DNA of 64,000 nucleotides from an uncultured Acetatifactor sp. (GTDB lineage: Bacteria > Bacillota > Clostridia > Lachnospirales > Lachnospiraceae). The stretch is taken from positions 18,160-82,159 of the forward strand of contig CAJUJU010000003.1 in NCBI GenBank assembly GCA_910586835.1, in the 5' to 3' direction. The position numbers and the translations under genes were made by a program. How positions within the stretch are numbered: position 1 is the first letter of the stretch; each line of letters opens with the position of its first letter. The notes beneath the pieces were generated by a model. That model was not told where the DNA came from and did not search any database. It saw only the letters and a program-made list of their open reading frames with translations. Below are positions 28,753 through 37,668 of this stretch, in pieces.

Positions 28753-30636
28753 TTGGATAAACGGGAAGTACTGAAAAAATATTTTGGATATGATACCTTT
28801 CGCCAGGGACAGGAGCTTTTGACGGACAGCATTCTCAAGGGCAGGGATGTGTTGGGAATCATGCCTACCGGAGCGGGAAAGTCGGTCTGTTATCAGGTGC
28901 CGGCCCTGATGCTGCCGGGTGTTACGGTTGTGGTCTCTCCCCTGATCTCCCTGATGAAGGATCAGGTTCAGACATTGAATCAGGCGGGGATCCATGCCGC
29001 CTATATCAACAGCTCACTTACGGAGGGACAGATCGCAAAGGCGCTGCAATTTGCAGCGGAGGGAAGATATAAAATTATTTATGTGGCGCCGGAGCGCTTG
29101 GAGACGGCTTCTTTTCTGCGGTTTGCCCGGAGCGTGAAGATCAGCCTGCTTGCCATTGATGAGGCCCACTGCATTTCCCAGTGGGGACAGGATTTTCGTC
29201 CCAGCTATCTGAAAATTGTACGATTTGTGGAGGGGCTGCCGGTACGGCCTGTGCTGGGAGCCTTTACCGCCACTGCCACGGAAGCGGTAAAGGAGGACAT
29301 AATCTGCGTCCTGGGGCTTAAGGATCCGGAAATCCTTGTGACAGGCTTCGATCGAAAGAATCTCTATTTCGGCGTGGAGACACCGGCCCGCAAAGATGAT
29401 TTTCTGGTCAGGTTTGTGCGGGAGCACAGGGCGGAAAGCGGCATTATCTATTGTGCCACGCGAAAAAATGTGGAGCAGGTACATGAGCTGCTGTGCCGGG
29501 AGGGCTTTCCTGCAGCCAGATATCACGCGGGCTTGGGGCTGGAGGAGCGGCGGGAAAGCCAGGATGCCTTCCTCTATGACGTAAAGCCCGTGATGGTTGC
29601 CACCAACGCTTTCGGCATGGGGATTGACAAATCCAATGTCAGGTATGTGATTCATTATAATATGCCGCAAAGTATGGAAAACTATTATCAGGAGGCAGGG
29701 CGTGCGGGCAGGGACGGTCAGGCGGCAGAGTGTATTTTACTGTATTCGCCCAAAGATGTGATGGTCAACCGTTTCCTGATTGAAAATAAGGAGCAGAATG
29801 GGGATGATTTCACCTGGGAAGAGCTGAAGGCTGCCAGGGATCGGGAGGAAGAGCGGCTGCGGGTCATGATCGGCTATTGTAACACTGCGGACTGTCTCAG
29901 AAACTATATTTTGAGATATTTTGGAGAAGTTGTTCAGGGGGACTGCGGCAGCTGCTCCAACTGTGGCAGGGAATACCGGGAGGAAGACATGTCCCGGGAG
30001 GCCGCGCAGGTAATTTCCTGTGTCAGAGAGCAGGGCGGGAGATACGGTGTCAACGTGGTGGCGGGAACGCTGCTTGGGCGGAATACGGCCAGGCTGCGGG
30101 AGTATCGTGCGGATGAGGTATCTTCCTTCGGCGTGCTGGGTGGCATGGGGGAATCCGGTGTCAAGAAGCTGATTCAGAAGCTTTTACAGGAGGGTGTGCT
30201 GCGTCAGACGCCGGATAAATATGCTCTGCTGAAGCTGACGCCGCTGTCGGCTGAGGTCACGGAGGGGAAAAGACAGATTCTCGTGAGGATTCCGGTGCAG
30301 GACAAGGCGGGAGCGGGCACACAGAGGGCAGGCCGGAGCCGTGGGAAGTCCGCAGGCAGCAGACGGACTGACATACTGAACTCAAGGGGGCTGGATTGCT
30401 TTGAGGCTCTTCGGGCTCTGCGCGCGGAGATTGCAAGACAGGAGAATGTGCCGCCCTATATCGTCTTTTCGGATCGCACACTGACGGACATGTGTATCCG
30501 GCAGCCCTTTACCCGGGAGGAAATGCTTCAGGTGTCCGGAGTGGGAGAACACAAATACGAAAAGTACGGGGAGCGCTTTGCGGAAAAGCTGCGGGAGATT
30601 ACCGGCGGAGTAAAGCGGAAATACTGTTTTGAGTGA
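28753..30636 (+). CDS. recQ: DNA helicase RecQ
   Basis: FGY..FR.GQ, MPTGAGKS, DEAHCISQWGQDFRP, ATNAFGMGIDK, QEAGRAGRDG, Zn-binding cysteines, RQC, HRDC (PPYIVFSD). Confidence 0.97.
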   Translation: MDKREVLKKYFGYDTFRQGQELLTDSILKGRDVLGIMPTGAGKSVCYQVPALMLPGVTVVVSPLISLMKDQVQTLNQAGIHAAYINSSLTEGQIAKALQFAAEGRYKIIYVAPERLETASFLRFARSVKISLLAIDEAHCISQWGQDFRPSYLKIVRFVEGLPVRPVLGAFTATATEAVKEDIICVLGLKDPEILVTGFDRKNLYFGVETPARKDDFLVRFVREHRAESGIIYCATRKNVEQVHELLCREGFPAARYHAGLGLEERRESQDAFLYDVKPVMVATNAFGMGIDKSNVRYVIHYNMPQSMENYYQEAGRAGRDGQAAECILLYSPKDVMVNRFLIENKEQNGDDFTWEELKAARDREEERLRVMIGYCNTADCLRNYILRYFGEVVQGDCGSCSNCGREYREEDMSREAAQVISCVREQGGRYGVNVVAGTLLGRNTARLREYRADEVSSFGVLGGMGESGVKKLIQKLLQEGVLRQTPDKYALLKLTPLSAEVTEGKRQILVRIPVQDKAGAGTQRAGRSRGKSAGSRRTDILNSRGLDCFEALRALRAEIARQENVPPYIVFSDRTLTDMCIRQPFTREEMLQVSGVGEHKYEKYGERFAEKLREITGGVKRKYCFE

Positions 30637-30640
30637 CCGG

Positions 30641-30709
30641 TTTGGCAAGGAAGTGCGCGGATTTGACAAGGAAGTGATTTTTGACACCCTCATTTTTTTA
30701 TGGTATCAT
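30641..30709 (+). promoter_or_regulatory. pseB promoter with upstream direct repeats
   Basis: TTTG[G/A]CAAGGAAGTG at 30641 and 30662; TTGACA(30681)-17 bp-TATCAT(30704) with extended TG. Confidence 0.7.
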
Positions 30710-30756
30710 TTAAAAGAATAATTTCCTGAAAAAGGAAGAAAGCGAGGAAACAGGTT

Positions 30757-31752
30757 ATGTTGAACAATAAATCCATTTTGGTTACAGGGGGAACAGGGAG
30801 CTTTGGGAAAGCTTTTACGCGCTATGTGCTGGAGCACTATGACCCGAAGAAGATTATCATTTATTCCAGGGATGAGTTAAAACAGTTTCTGATGCAGAAT
30901 GAATATAAAGAGTATAAGGACAAGCTTCGGTTCTTTATCGGGGATGTGCGGGACAAAGAGCGCCTAGCCAGAGCGTTTGAGGGTGTGGATTATGTCGTTC
31001 ATGCCGCAGCGCTGAAGCAGGTTCCTGCCTGTGAGTACAATCCGGCGGAGGCCATAAAGACCAATATCAACGGAGCGCAGAATGTGATTGATGCCGCACT
31101 GGATATGGGCGTAAAGAAGGTGGTGGCGCTGTCGACGGATAAGGCGGTGAATCCTGTGAATCTATACGGGGGCACAAAGCTTGTCTCGGACAAGCTCTTT
31201 ATCGCTGCCAACGCCTACGCAGGCGAAAAGGATATCTGTTTTTCCATCGTCAGGTATGGTAATGTGGCGGGCAGCAGAGGCTCCGTGATTCCTCTCTTTC
31301 ACAATATTATGAAAAACGGAGGAACGGAGCTGCCCATTACGGACTATCGGATGACCAGATTCTGGATCAGCATACAGCAGGGTGTGGAGCTTGTGATCAA
31401 GGCGCTGGAGGAAGCCAGGGGCGGAGAGACCTTTATCTCCAAAATACCCTCCTTTAAGGTCACGGATCTGGCTGAGGCAATGCTTCCCGGCTGCAAGATG
31501 CCGGAGGTGGGGATCCGTGTGGGTGAGAAACTGCATGAGGTCATGGTGGCGGTGGAGGACGCTCCCAATACCTATGAGTACGACGGGCATTTTATTATAT
31601 ATCCCCAGATGGTGTGGAGTGAGCACAGGAAAGCGGTTCCCACTGGAAGAAAGGTTCCGGAGGGCTTTTCCTACAGCTCCGGCAGCAATACGGAATGGCT
31701 GAGCGTGGAGCAGATCAGAGAACTGCTGAAGACGGTTGAAATGGAGAAATAA
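30757..31752 (+). CDS. pseB: UDP-N-acetylglucosamine 4,6-dehydratase (inverting)
   Basis: TGGTGSFG, YSRDELKQ, HAAALKQVP, LSTDKA.NPVNLYG.TKL, RYGNV.GSRGSV, MTRFWI, GEKLHE. Confidence 0.93.
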   Translation: MLNNKSILVTGGTGSFGKAFTRYVLEHYDPKKIIIYSRDELKQFLMQNEYKEYKDKLRFFIGDVRDKERLARAFEGVDYVVHAAALKQVPACEYNPAEAIKTNINGAQNVIDAALDMGVKKVVALSTDKAVNPVNLYGGTKLVSDKLFIAANAYAGEKDICFSIVRYGNVAGSRGSVIPLFHNIMKNGGTELPITDYRMTRFWISIQQGVELVIKALEEARGGETFISKIPSFKVTDLAEAMLPGCKMPEVGIRVGEKLHEVMVAVEDAPNTYEYDGHFIIYPQMVWSEHRKAVPTGRKVPEGFSYSSGSNTEWLSVEQIRELLKTVEMEK

Positions 31753-31758
31753 ACAACA

Positions 31759-31783
31759 AGGAGCCCGGTAATTCCGGGCTCCT
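31759..31783. terminator. Hairpin between convergent pseB and the small secreted protein gene
   Basis: AGGAGCCCGG-TAATT-CCGGGCTCCT. Confidence 0.7.
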
Positions 31784-31791
31784 GTCATTAT

Positions 31792-32103
31792 TCAGGGCTT
31801 TTCATGCTTTCCGCTGCCGTCGCTCTCCCCCTTTCCGGGGGGATAACCCTCAGGTGCTTCGCAGACATAGATCCAGTCTCCTACCCAATTGCTGGTCGAA
31901 TAGTTAAAAAGTCGTTTGTACAATTTGCCGTCCATTATGGCGAACCGATACTCGATCACATCCTGGCGCGGCTGGATCGACTCCTGACCGGAGTCGGCGG
32001 CCTGGGCGGGAAGCCCGGCCACAGGGCTGAAGAACAGAGACAGCGCCAGACCAGCTGCGCTCATCAATGCGGTTGCCCTGTACATTTTCTTTTTTTGTTT
32101 CAT
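31792..32103 (-). CDS. Small secreted protein of unknown function (103 aa)
   Basis: Basic N-terminus MKQKKK, hydrophobic core, AQA signal-peptidase site; AAGGGGG RBS; 14 bp after the M56 gene. Confidence 0.8.
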   Translation of the reverse strand: MKQKKKMYRATALMSAAGLALSLFFSPVAGLPAQAADSGQESIQPRQDVIEYRFAIMDGKLYKRLFNYSTSNWVGDWIYVCEAPEGYPPGKGESDGSGKHEKP

Positions 32104-32117
32104 TGTAATTCCCCCTT

Positions 32118-33251
32118 TTATTTATATTCAACCGGAACATCGCCATAATATTCCAGTGAATCTACATGTTCGCACAGATTGTCACCCAGATAGATATTGT
32201 AGGTGCCGTCCGGCAGAGGCACGGCGTGGAGACCGGAGGTAACCTCCGGAGTACCCAGTCTGTAGGGCGGCAGAACATAGCGCGGTTCAAAGGTAAAGCG
32301 GTAGGAGCACAGATAGATTATGGCTGCCGCAGAAGCCAACAGGATACAAAGGGGCAGGGAAGTCCCTTTGTGGTGAAAAGTTATTAAGGCTCTTTTGGAC
32401 AGGTCGCCGTTTGCCCGGAAGGCTCTGGGAGTCAACAGGTAGGATGGCCCTTTGGGCGCTTTCTTCCTATTGGCAATGAGGTGTGTCTTCAGGTCGGCCA
32501 GCGCGGAAAAGTACGCTACCTTCAACTGAGTATCCTCTTTCGTCATCTGTTGGTCTACCCGCAGTTCCAGCGCAAGATCCAGCTTATTTTCCAGATAGAT
32601 GCAGAGAGGGTTCCACCAATAGAGGATGCGCAGGATATGCATGCCCAGCTTATACAGGCAATCCCGGTGCCGGAAATGATGTAGTTCGTGGCATATGATG
32701 TAGGGAACGGCCTCTTCCGGTATGTCCAGACAGCCGGGAAACAGTATTTTACAGTCAAATATGCAGCTCTGGGAGGGCGTGTCAAGCCCGGGAACCGAGA
32801 TGACACGAACCTTTGGCCCGTCCGGGTTATATTTTCGAAGCAATGAGTAATAGGGCTCTGCGTCTGTCAGCTCTATGCCATATCTTTTTATGTGTTTATG
32901 AAATGAGATACGGTAGATAATCATGTTAATCAGCTTATAAACAATGCCGCCTGCCCAGACCAGGGCTGCCACAGTCCAGAAGGAAACCGGGATTCCGCGC
33001 AGATCATATAACGCATGGCGGATGAGACACACGAGAAAGGATAAGGGTTCGGGGAAAATAATGTTCCGGGAAAAGGGCAGCTCAATGGGGAAGAGAAGAC
33101 GCGCTGCAGTAAAAAGAAAGAGCACGGCTATCAGCTTATTCCCGATTGAGCACATCACCTTTTCGCTGCAAAAGCACAAGGCAATTATACCAATCAGGAT
33201 GGTGCTCGTTATGACAGTCATAAAAACAGTGGAGAACGAGTAGTTTATCAT
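32118..33251 (-). CDS. BlaR1/MecR1-like M56 membrane metallopeptidase lacking a penicillin-binding domain
   Basis: N-terminal TMs, RLLFP, HELHH zinc motif, WWNPL, ELRVD, last TM followed by only about 55 aa. Confidence 0.88.
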   Translation of the reverse strand: MINYSFSTVFMTVITSTILIGIIALCFCSEKVMCSIGNKLIAVLFLFTAARLLFPIELPFSRNIIFPEPLSFLVCLIRHALYDLRGIPVSFWTVAALVWAGGIVYKLINMIIYRISFHKHIKRYGIELTDAEPYYSLLRKYNPDGPKVRVISVPGLDTPSQSCIFDCKILFPGCLDIPEEAVPYIICHELHHFRHRDCLYKLGMHILRILYWWNPLCIYLENKLDLALELRVDQQMTKEDTQLKVAYFSALADLKTHLIANRKKAPKGPSYLLTPRAFRANGDLSKRALITFHHKGTSLPLCILLASAAAIIYLCSYRFTFEPRYVLPPYRLGTPEVTSGLHAVPLPDGTYNIYLGDNLCEHVDSLEYYGDVPVEYK

Positions 33252-33275
33252 AATTACCTCTTTTGTCTGCAGTTT

Positions 33276-33668
33276 TTACAGGGTCTTTTCATAATCGCTG
33301 ATAATTTCCTTCAGCCTTGTCAGTTCGTTCTTCATCTTGTCGGGATTCTGCTCCACATGAAGAATTGCCGCGCAGATATCGGACTTTGAGATTACGTCTC
33401 TGAAGTTTGCATAGTCGGTTGCAAAATTATTCAGGATGACTTCTCTGGAATTCTCGGTGGGGCGGTAGGTTCTGCTCAGTACCTTTCCACTGTGGGTAAC
33501 GCCGCACACCTCTACGAGATCGTCCTTCAGAAGCTTTCTCAATACTGCGATAACCGTGCTCTGAGTCAGCCCTCTCATCTCATTTACGATATCGGTGGAA
33601 GTCATAGCTTCCTCGGATTTCCATAAAATGTTCAGGACGTCTAACTCCCTTGGATTTAATTGTGCCAT
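33276..33668 (-). CDS. BlaI/MecI/CopY family transcriptional repressor
   Basis: LNPRELDVLNILW, STV..VLRKL....LV, winged helix ending YRP; first gene of the operon with the M56 peptidase. Confidence 0.88.
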   Translation of the reverse strand: MAQLNPRELDVLNILWKSEEAMTSTDIVNEMRGLTQSTVIAVLRKLLKDDLVEVCGVTHSGKVLSRTYRPTENSREVILNNFATDYANFRDVISKSDICAAILHVEQNPDKMKNELTRLKEIISDYEKTL

Positions 33669-33694
33669 TTTTGTAACCTCCTTATATGTGCACC

Positions 33695-33723
33695 ATTATA
33701 TTATTAATATTTAAACAAGTCAA
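33695..33723 (-). promoter_or_regulatory. sigma-A-type promoter of the blaI-like operon
   Basis: Minus strand TTGACT-17 bp-TATAAT; the spacer carries a near-palindrome ATATTATTAATAT (possible operator). Confidence 0.75.
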
Positions 33724-33881
33724 TAGATTTTTCCTTGTAACATCGTTGGTTTCCTGCTAAACTATAGGGCATAATCTACAATGTGCCGACGACGGAAGAA
33801 CGATTCAGACTCAAGTTGGCGGACAGAGGGAAAAGTTTGGAGGAAGAACTGCTCTCAAATATTGGCAGGGAGGTAATTATT

Positions 33882-35075
33882 ATGGAAGAACTGGCAGTAT
33901 TTGGCGGAGACCCGGTCAGGAAGACGCCAATTCATTATGGAAGACAATGTATTGAGGAAGACGATATCGCCGCAGTGGTGGAAGCGCTGAGAAGCGACCT
34001 CATCACCTGCGGCCCCAGAAATGAAGAGTTGGAGGAAAAGCTTTGTGAGATCACGGGGGCAAGGTATGCGGTGGCGGTGGCAAACGGTACGGCTGCGCTG
34101 CACCTGGCGGCGATGGCTGCAGGCTTTGGAGAGGGGGACGAGGTGATCGTCAGCGCCATCACCTTTGCCGCCTCGGCAAACTGCGTGTTGTACTGCGGAG
34201 CCAGACCGGTGTTTGCGGATATTCGTCCGGATACCTGGAACATTGATCCGGAGTCCGTGGAGAGATTGATCACTTCCCGCACCCGGGGAATCGTGGCGGT
34301 GGATTTTACCGGACAGGCCGTGGAACACGATGCCCTGAGGCGGATCTGTGAAAAGAACGGATTGATTCTGATCGAGGATGCGGCTCATGCCATCGGAACG
34401 AAATACAAGGGTCAGCCGGTGGGCTCCATTGCGGATATGACCTGTTTCAGCTTTCACCCGGTGAAGACCGTTACGGGGGGAGAGGGCGGCGCCATAACCA
34501 CCGATGACGAACAGCTGTATCACCGCCTGATGAGGCTTCGTACCCACGGAATCACGCGCAGCCAGGAGGAGATGGTTCATCCCACGGATGCGAAATGGTA
34601 TAATGAGCAGGTGGAACTGGGATTCAATTACCGCATGACGGACTTTCAGGCGGCGCTGCTGCTCAGTCAGCTGAATAAGCTTCCAAAGTTTGCCGAAAGG
34701 CGGAAGGAGTTGGTCCGGAAATATGACCAGGCCTTTCGGGACATGCCGGAAATCTCAATCCAGAGAGAAATTCCGGAGTCGGACACGGTGAGACATCTCT
34801 ACGTCCTGCGGCTTAAGCCGGACAGGCTGACCTGTGACAGAAGGCAGTTCTTTGATGCGCTGTACGCGGAGAACGTCTGTGCCCAGGTGCATTATCTGCC
34901 TGTGTACTGGCATTCCTATTATGAAAAACTGGGATATGTCAAAGGGCTTTGTCCCAATGCGGAGAGCTATTATGAGGAAGTTATGAGCCTGCCGCTGTAT
35001 TATCAGCTGACGGATGCAGATGCGGAAGACGTGATCCGTGCGGTGAACAAGGTTGTGGAATATTACAGAAAATGA
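33882..35075 (+). CDS. pseC: UDP-4-amino-4,6-dideoxy-N-acetyl-beta-L-altrosamine transaminase
   Basis: IHYGRQ.I.EDDI, NGTAALH, IEDAAHAIG, FSFHPVK..T.GEGG, LRTHGI, LGFNYRMTDFQ; ATG 33882 after GGAGG. Confidence 0.9.
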   Translation: MEELAVFGGDPVRKTPIHYGRQCIEEDDIAAVVEALRSDLITCGPRNEELEEKLCEITGARYAVAVANGTAALHLAAMAAGFGEGDEVIVSAITFAASANCVLYCGARPVFADIRPDTWNIDPESVERLITSRTRGIVAVDFTGQAVEHDALRRICEKNGLILIEDAAHAIGTKYKGQPVGSIADMTCFSFHPVKTVTGGEGGAITTDDEQLYHRLMRLRTHGITRSQEEMVHPTDAKWYNEQVELGFNYRMTDFQAALLLSQLNKLPKFAERRKELVRKYDQAFRDMPEISIQREIPESDTVRHLYVLRLKPDRLTCDRRQFFDALYAENVCAQVHYLPVYWHSYYEKLGYVKGLCPNAESYYEEVMSLPLYYQLTDADAEDVIRAVNKVVEYYRK

Positions 35076-36064
35076 CACAGGAGCAGAAAATGGATAAGAT
35101 AGCCGTATTAATTCCGTGCTATAATGAAGAACAGACCATAGCGAAGGTGGTTCGGGATGTGAGGAATGCATTGCCGGAGGCAGTGGTGTATGTGTATGAC
35201 AATAACTCAAAGGACAGGACGGCGGAGCTTGCCGCCGCTTCCGGAGCCGTTGTGCGCCATGAGTACCGGCAGGGAAAGGGCAATGTGATCCGCCGGATGT
35301 TTCGGGAGATTGACGCCGAGTGCTACCTTATGATAGACGGGGACGATACCTATCCGCTGGACTGTGCGGGGGAGTTGGTGGAAAAGGTGCTGGGGCATAA
35401 TGCCGACATGGTTGTGGGGGACAGACTTTCCTCCACATATTTTACGGAGAATAAGCGCCCTTTTCACAATTTTGGCAACAGCCTGATGCGAACGGGCATC
35501 AACAGGCTGTTCCACACGGACATCAAGGATATCATGACGGGATACAGGGCTTTCAGCTATGAGTTTGTCAAAACCTTTCCTGTTTTTTCCAAAGGCTTTG
35601 AGATTGAGACAGAGATGACCATCCACGCCGTAAACTATAATATGCAGGTGGAAAACGTGGTGGTGGAGTACCGGGACAGGCCGGAAGGCAGTTTTTCCAA
35701 GCTGAACACCTACAGCGACGGAATGAAGGTGGTACACAAGATGCTGCAGCTGTACAGAAACTACAGGCCCCTTCGTTTTTTCGGAATGATCGGACTGTTT
35801 CTGACGCTTTTGGCGGCAGTGTTTGTTGCGCCGATCTTTGCGGAGTATTTCAGAACCGGTCTGGTGCCAAGGTTCCCCACGCTGATTGTTTGCGGGTTTA
35901 TTGTGCTTGCTGGAATTCAGTCTTTTTTTTCGGGCATGATATTGGAGGTGCTGGCGGCAAAGGACAAGCGTGATTTTGAGTACCGGCTGGCAAAGATCAG
36001 CGTGGAGAAAAGGCGGGGAATGAGAGATGGCTGCAGGGATGGAGAGAGAGGGCACAGTGTCTGA
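35072..36064 (+). CDS. GT2 polyprenol-phosphate glycosyltransferase (GtrB/Ppm1-like) with two C-terminal TMs
   Basis: LIPCYNE, YDNNSKD, QGKG, DGDDTYP, TGYRAF, FEIETE, SKL.TYSDG. Confidence 0.85.
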   Translation: MTQEQKMDKIAVLIPCYNEEQTIAKVVRDVRNALPEAVVYVYDNNSKDRTAELAAASGAVVRHEYRQGKGNVIRRMFREIDAECYLMIDGDDTYPLDCAGELVEKVLGHNADMVVGDRLSSTYFTENKRPFHNFGNSLMRTGINRLFHTDIKDIMTGYRAFSYEFVKTFPVFSKGFEIETEMTIHAVNYNMQVENVVVEYRDRPEGSFSKLNTYSDGMKVVHKMLQLYRNYRPLRFFGMIGLFLTLLAAVFVAPIFAEYFRTGLVPRFPTLIVCGFIVLAGIQSFFSGMILEVLAAKDKRDFEYRLAKISVEKRRGMRDGCRDGERGHSV

Positions 36065-36653
36065 CGGGAGGGTCTGCGAGGATGCCTCCGCGGGAATTTA
36101 TCTTCGGTTCATGACTCGGGACGATACGGGGCTGATTGTAAGATGGCGAAACAGCGAACCGGTTCGGAAGAACTTTATTTATCAGGCGCTTTTTACCGTC
36201 CATAGCCATGAAAACTGGATCAGGACCATGGTGGACACCGGAAGGGTGATACAGATGATGATCTGTGATATGGCATCGGACAAGCCGTTGGGTTCCGTGT
36301 ATATCAGAGACATTGACAGACAGCACAATAAGGCGGAATATGGTATCTTTATCGGAGAAGAACAGGCAAGAGGCAGAGGCGTGGGAACGGCTGCGGCGAG
36401 GCTGATGCTTTGTTATTGTTTTGAAGAGCAGGGGCTGCACAGGGTATTCCTCAGGGTCTTTGCGGACAACAGGCAGGCCATTCGAAGCTATGAGAAGGCA
36501 GGCTTCCGGCGGGAGGGACTGCTGCGGGACGATGTGTGTATTGAGGGAAAATACCGCGATATCCTGTGGATGGCGGCTGTCCGGCCGGAGAAGGCGGATG
36601 AACAGGGGACGACGGGTGGGGACACCAAATATCCCGCGGAAGTACAAATTTGA
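36027..36653 (+). CDS. GNAT N-acetyltransferase, PseH-like amino-sugar acetyltransferase (alternative start GTG 36057)
   Basis: WRN, H.NW, KAEYGIFIGE..ARGRGVG (intact motif A), N..AI.SYEKAGF..EG.LR. Confidence 0.8.
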   Translation: MAAGMEREGTVSDGRVCEDASAGIYLRFMTRDDTGLIVRWRNSEPVRKNFIYQALFTVHSHENWIRTMVDTGRVIQMMICDMASDKPLGSVYIRDIDRQHNKAEYGIFIGEEQARGRGVGTAAARLMLCYCFEEQGLHRVFLRVFADNRQAIRSYEKAGFRREGLLRDDVCIEGKYRDILWMAAVRPEKADEQGTTGGDTKYPAEVQI

Positions 36654-36702
36654 AAAAAGCCCGACTTGGGCGACTGCTGTAAATGGCAGATGGGAGTGAG
36701 GA

Positions 36703-37668
36703 ATGAAGAAGATCAGTTTTGTGATTCCATGCTATCGCTCGGAGCATACGCTTCCCCATGTGGTAGCGGAGATCCGGGAAAAGATGAAGGGTCTGGAGCA
36801 ATATGAGTATGATATTTTTCTGGTAAATGACTGTTCGCCGGACGATACCTTCGGAACCATCCGCAGGCTCTGCGGTGAATTTGAGAATATTACGGGGATC
36901 AGTTTTGCGAGAAACTTTGGTCAGCATGCCGCTCTGATGGCGGGGCTGCGCCATTCCGACGGAGATTATGTGGTTTGCCTGGATGATGACGGGCAGACAC
37001 CGGCGGATGAGGTGGATAAGCTGCTTGCAAAGCTGGAGGAGGGTTATGATGCCGTTTATGCCAGGTATGAACACAAACAGCATTCCGCCTTCCGGAACAT
37101 GGGAAGCAAGGTGAATGAGCTCATGACCAGGGTGATGCTGGGCAAGCCCGCGGATCTGTATATATCAAGTTATTTTGCGGTGAAGCGGTTTGTGGTGGAG
37201 GATATGGTCAGATATGAAAATTCCTATCCTTATGTCATCGGCCTGGTGCTTCGAGCCACCAGAAACATTACCAATGTGGCGGTGAATCACAGAGAGCGGG
37301 AGGAGGGAACCTCCGGCTATACGCTGAAGAAGCTGGTGGGACTGTGGTTTAACGGGTTTACGGCCTTTTCCGTCAAACCGCTGCGGATTGCCACCGCCAT
37401 GGGAGGCTTCAGCGCATTCATCGGATTTCTGTATGGAATCTATACGATTGTCAAGCGGTTTGTGAATCCGGATGTGCCCCTGGGATTCAGTTCTACCATG
37501 GCGGCGCTGGTATTTTTCGGCGGTATGATTATGCTGATGCTGGGGCTGATCGGAGAATATATCGGGCGTATTTATATCAGCCTGAATAATTCGCCGCAGT
37601 ATGTGATCCGGGAGACCATCGCGCAGAGGGAAACCGTGGGGACGCAGGAGGGAAAGCCGGATGAATAA
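36703..37668 (+). CDS. GT2, ArnC/GtrB-like undecaprenyl-phosphate glycosyltransferase
   Basis: VIPCY, VNDCSPD, RNFGQH.AL.AG, DDDGQ, two C-terminal TMs, LGLIGEYIGRIY. Confidence 0.87.
   Translation: MKKISFVIPCYRSEHTLPHVVAEIREKMKGLEQYEYDIFLVNDCSPDDTFGTIRRLCGEFENITGISFARNFGQHAALMAGLRHSDGDYVVCLDDDGQTPADEVDKLLAKLEEGYDAVYARYEHKQHSAFRNMGSKVNELMTRVMLGKPADLYISSYFAVKRFVVEDMVRYENSYPYVIGLVLRATRNITNVAVNHREREEGTSGYTLKKLVGLWFNGFTAFSVKPLRIATAMGGFSAFIGFLYGIYTIVKRFVNPDVPLGFSSTMAALVFFGGMIMLMLGLIGEYIGRIYISLNNSPQYVIRETIAQRETVGTQEGKPDE

Noticed and set aside
32118..33668. Beta-lactam resistance locus (blaR1-blaI)
   Set aside because: No penicillin-binding sensor domain and no beta-lactamase or mecA
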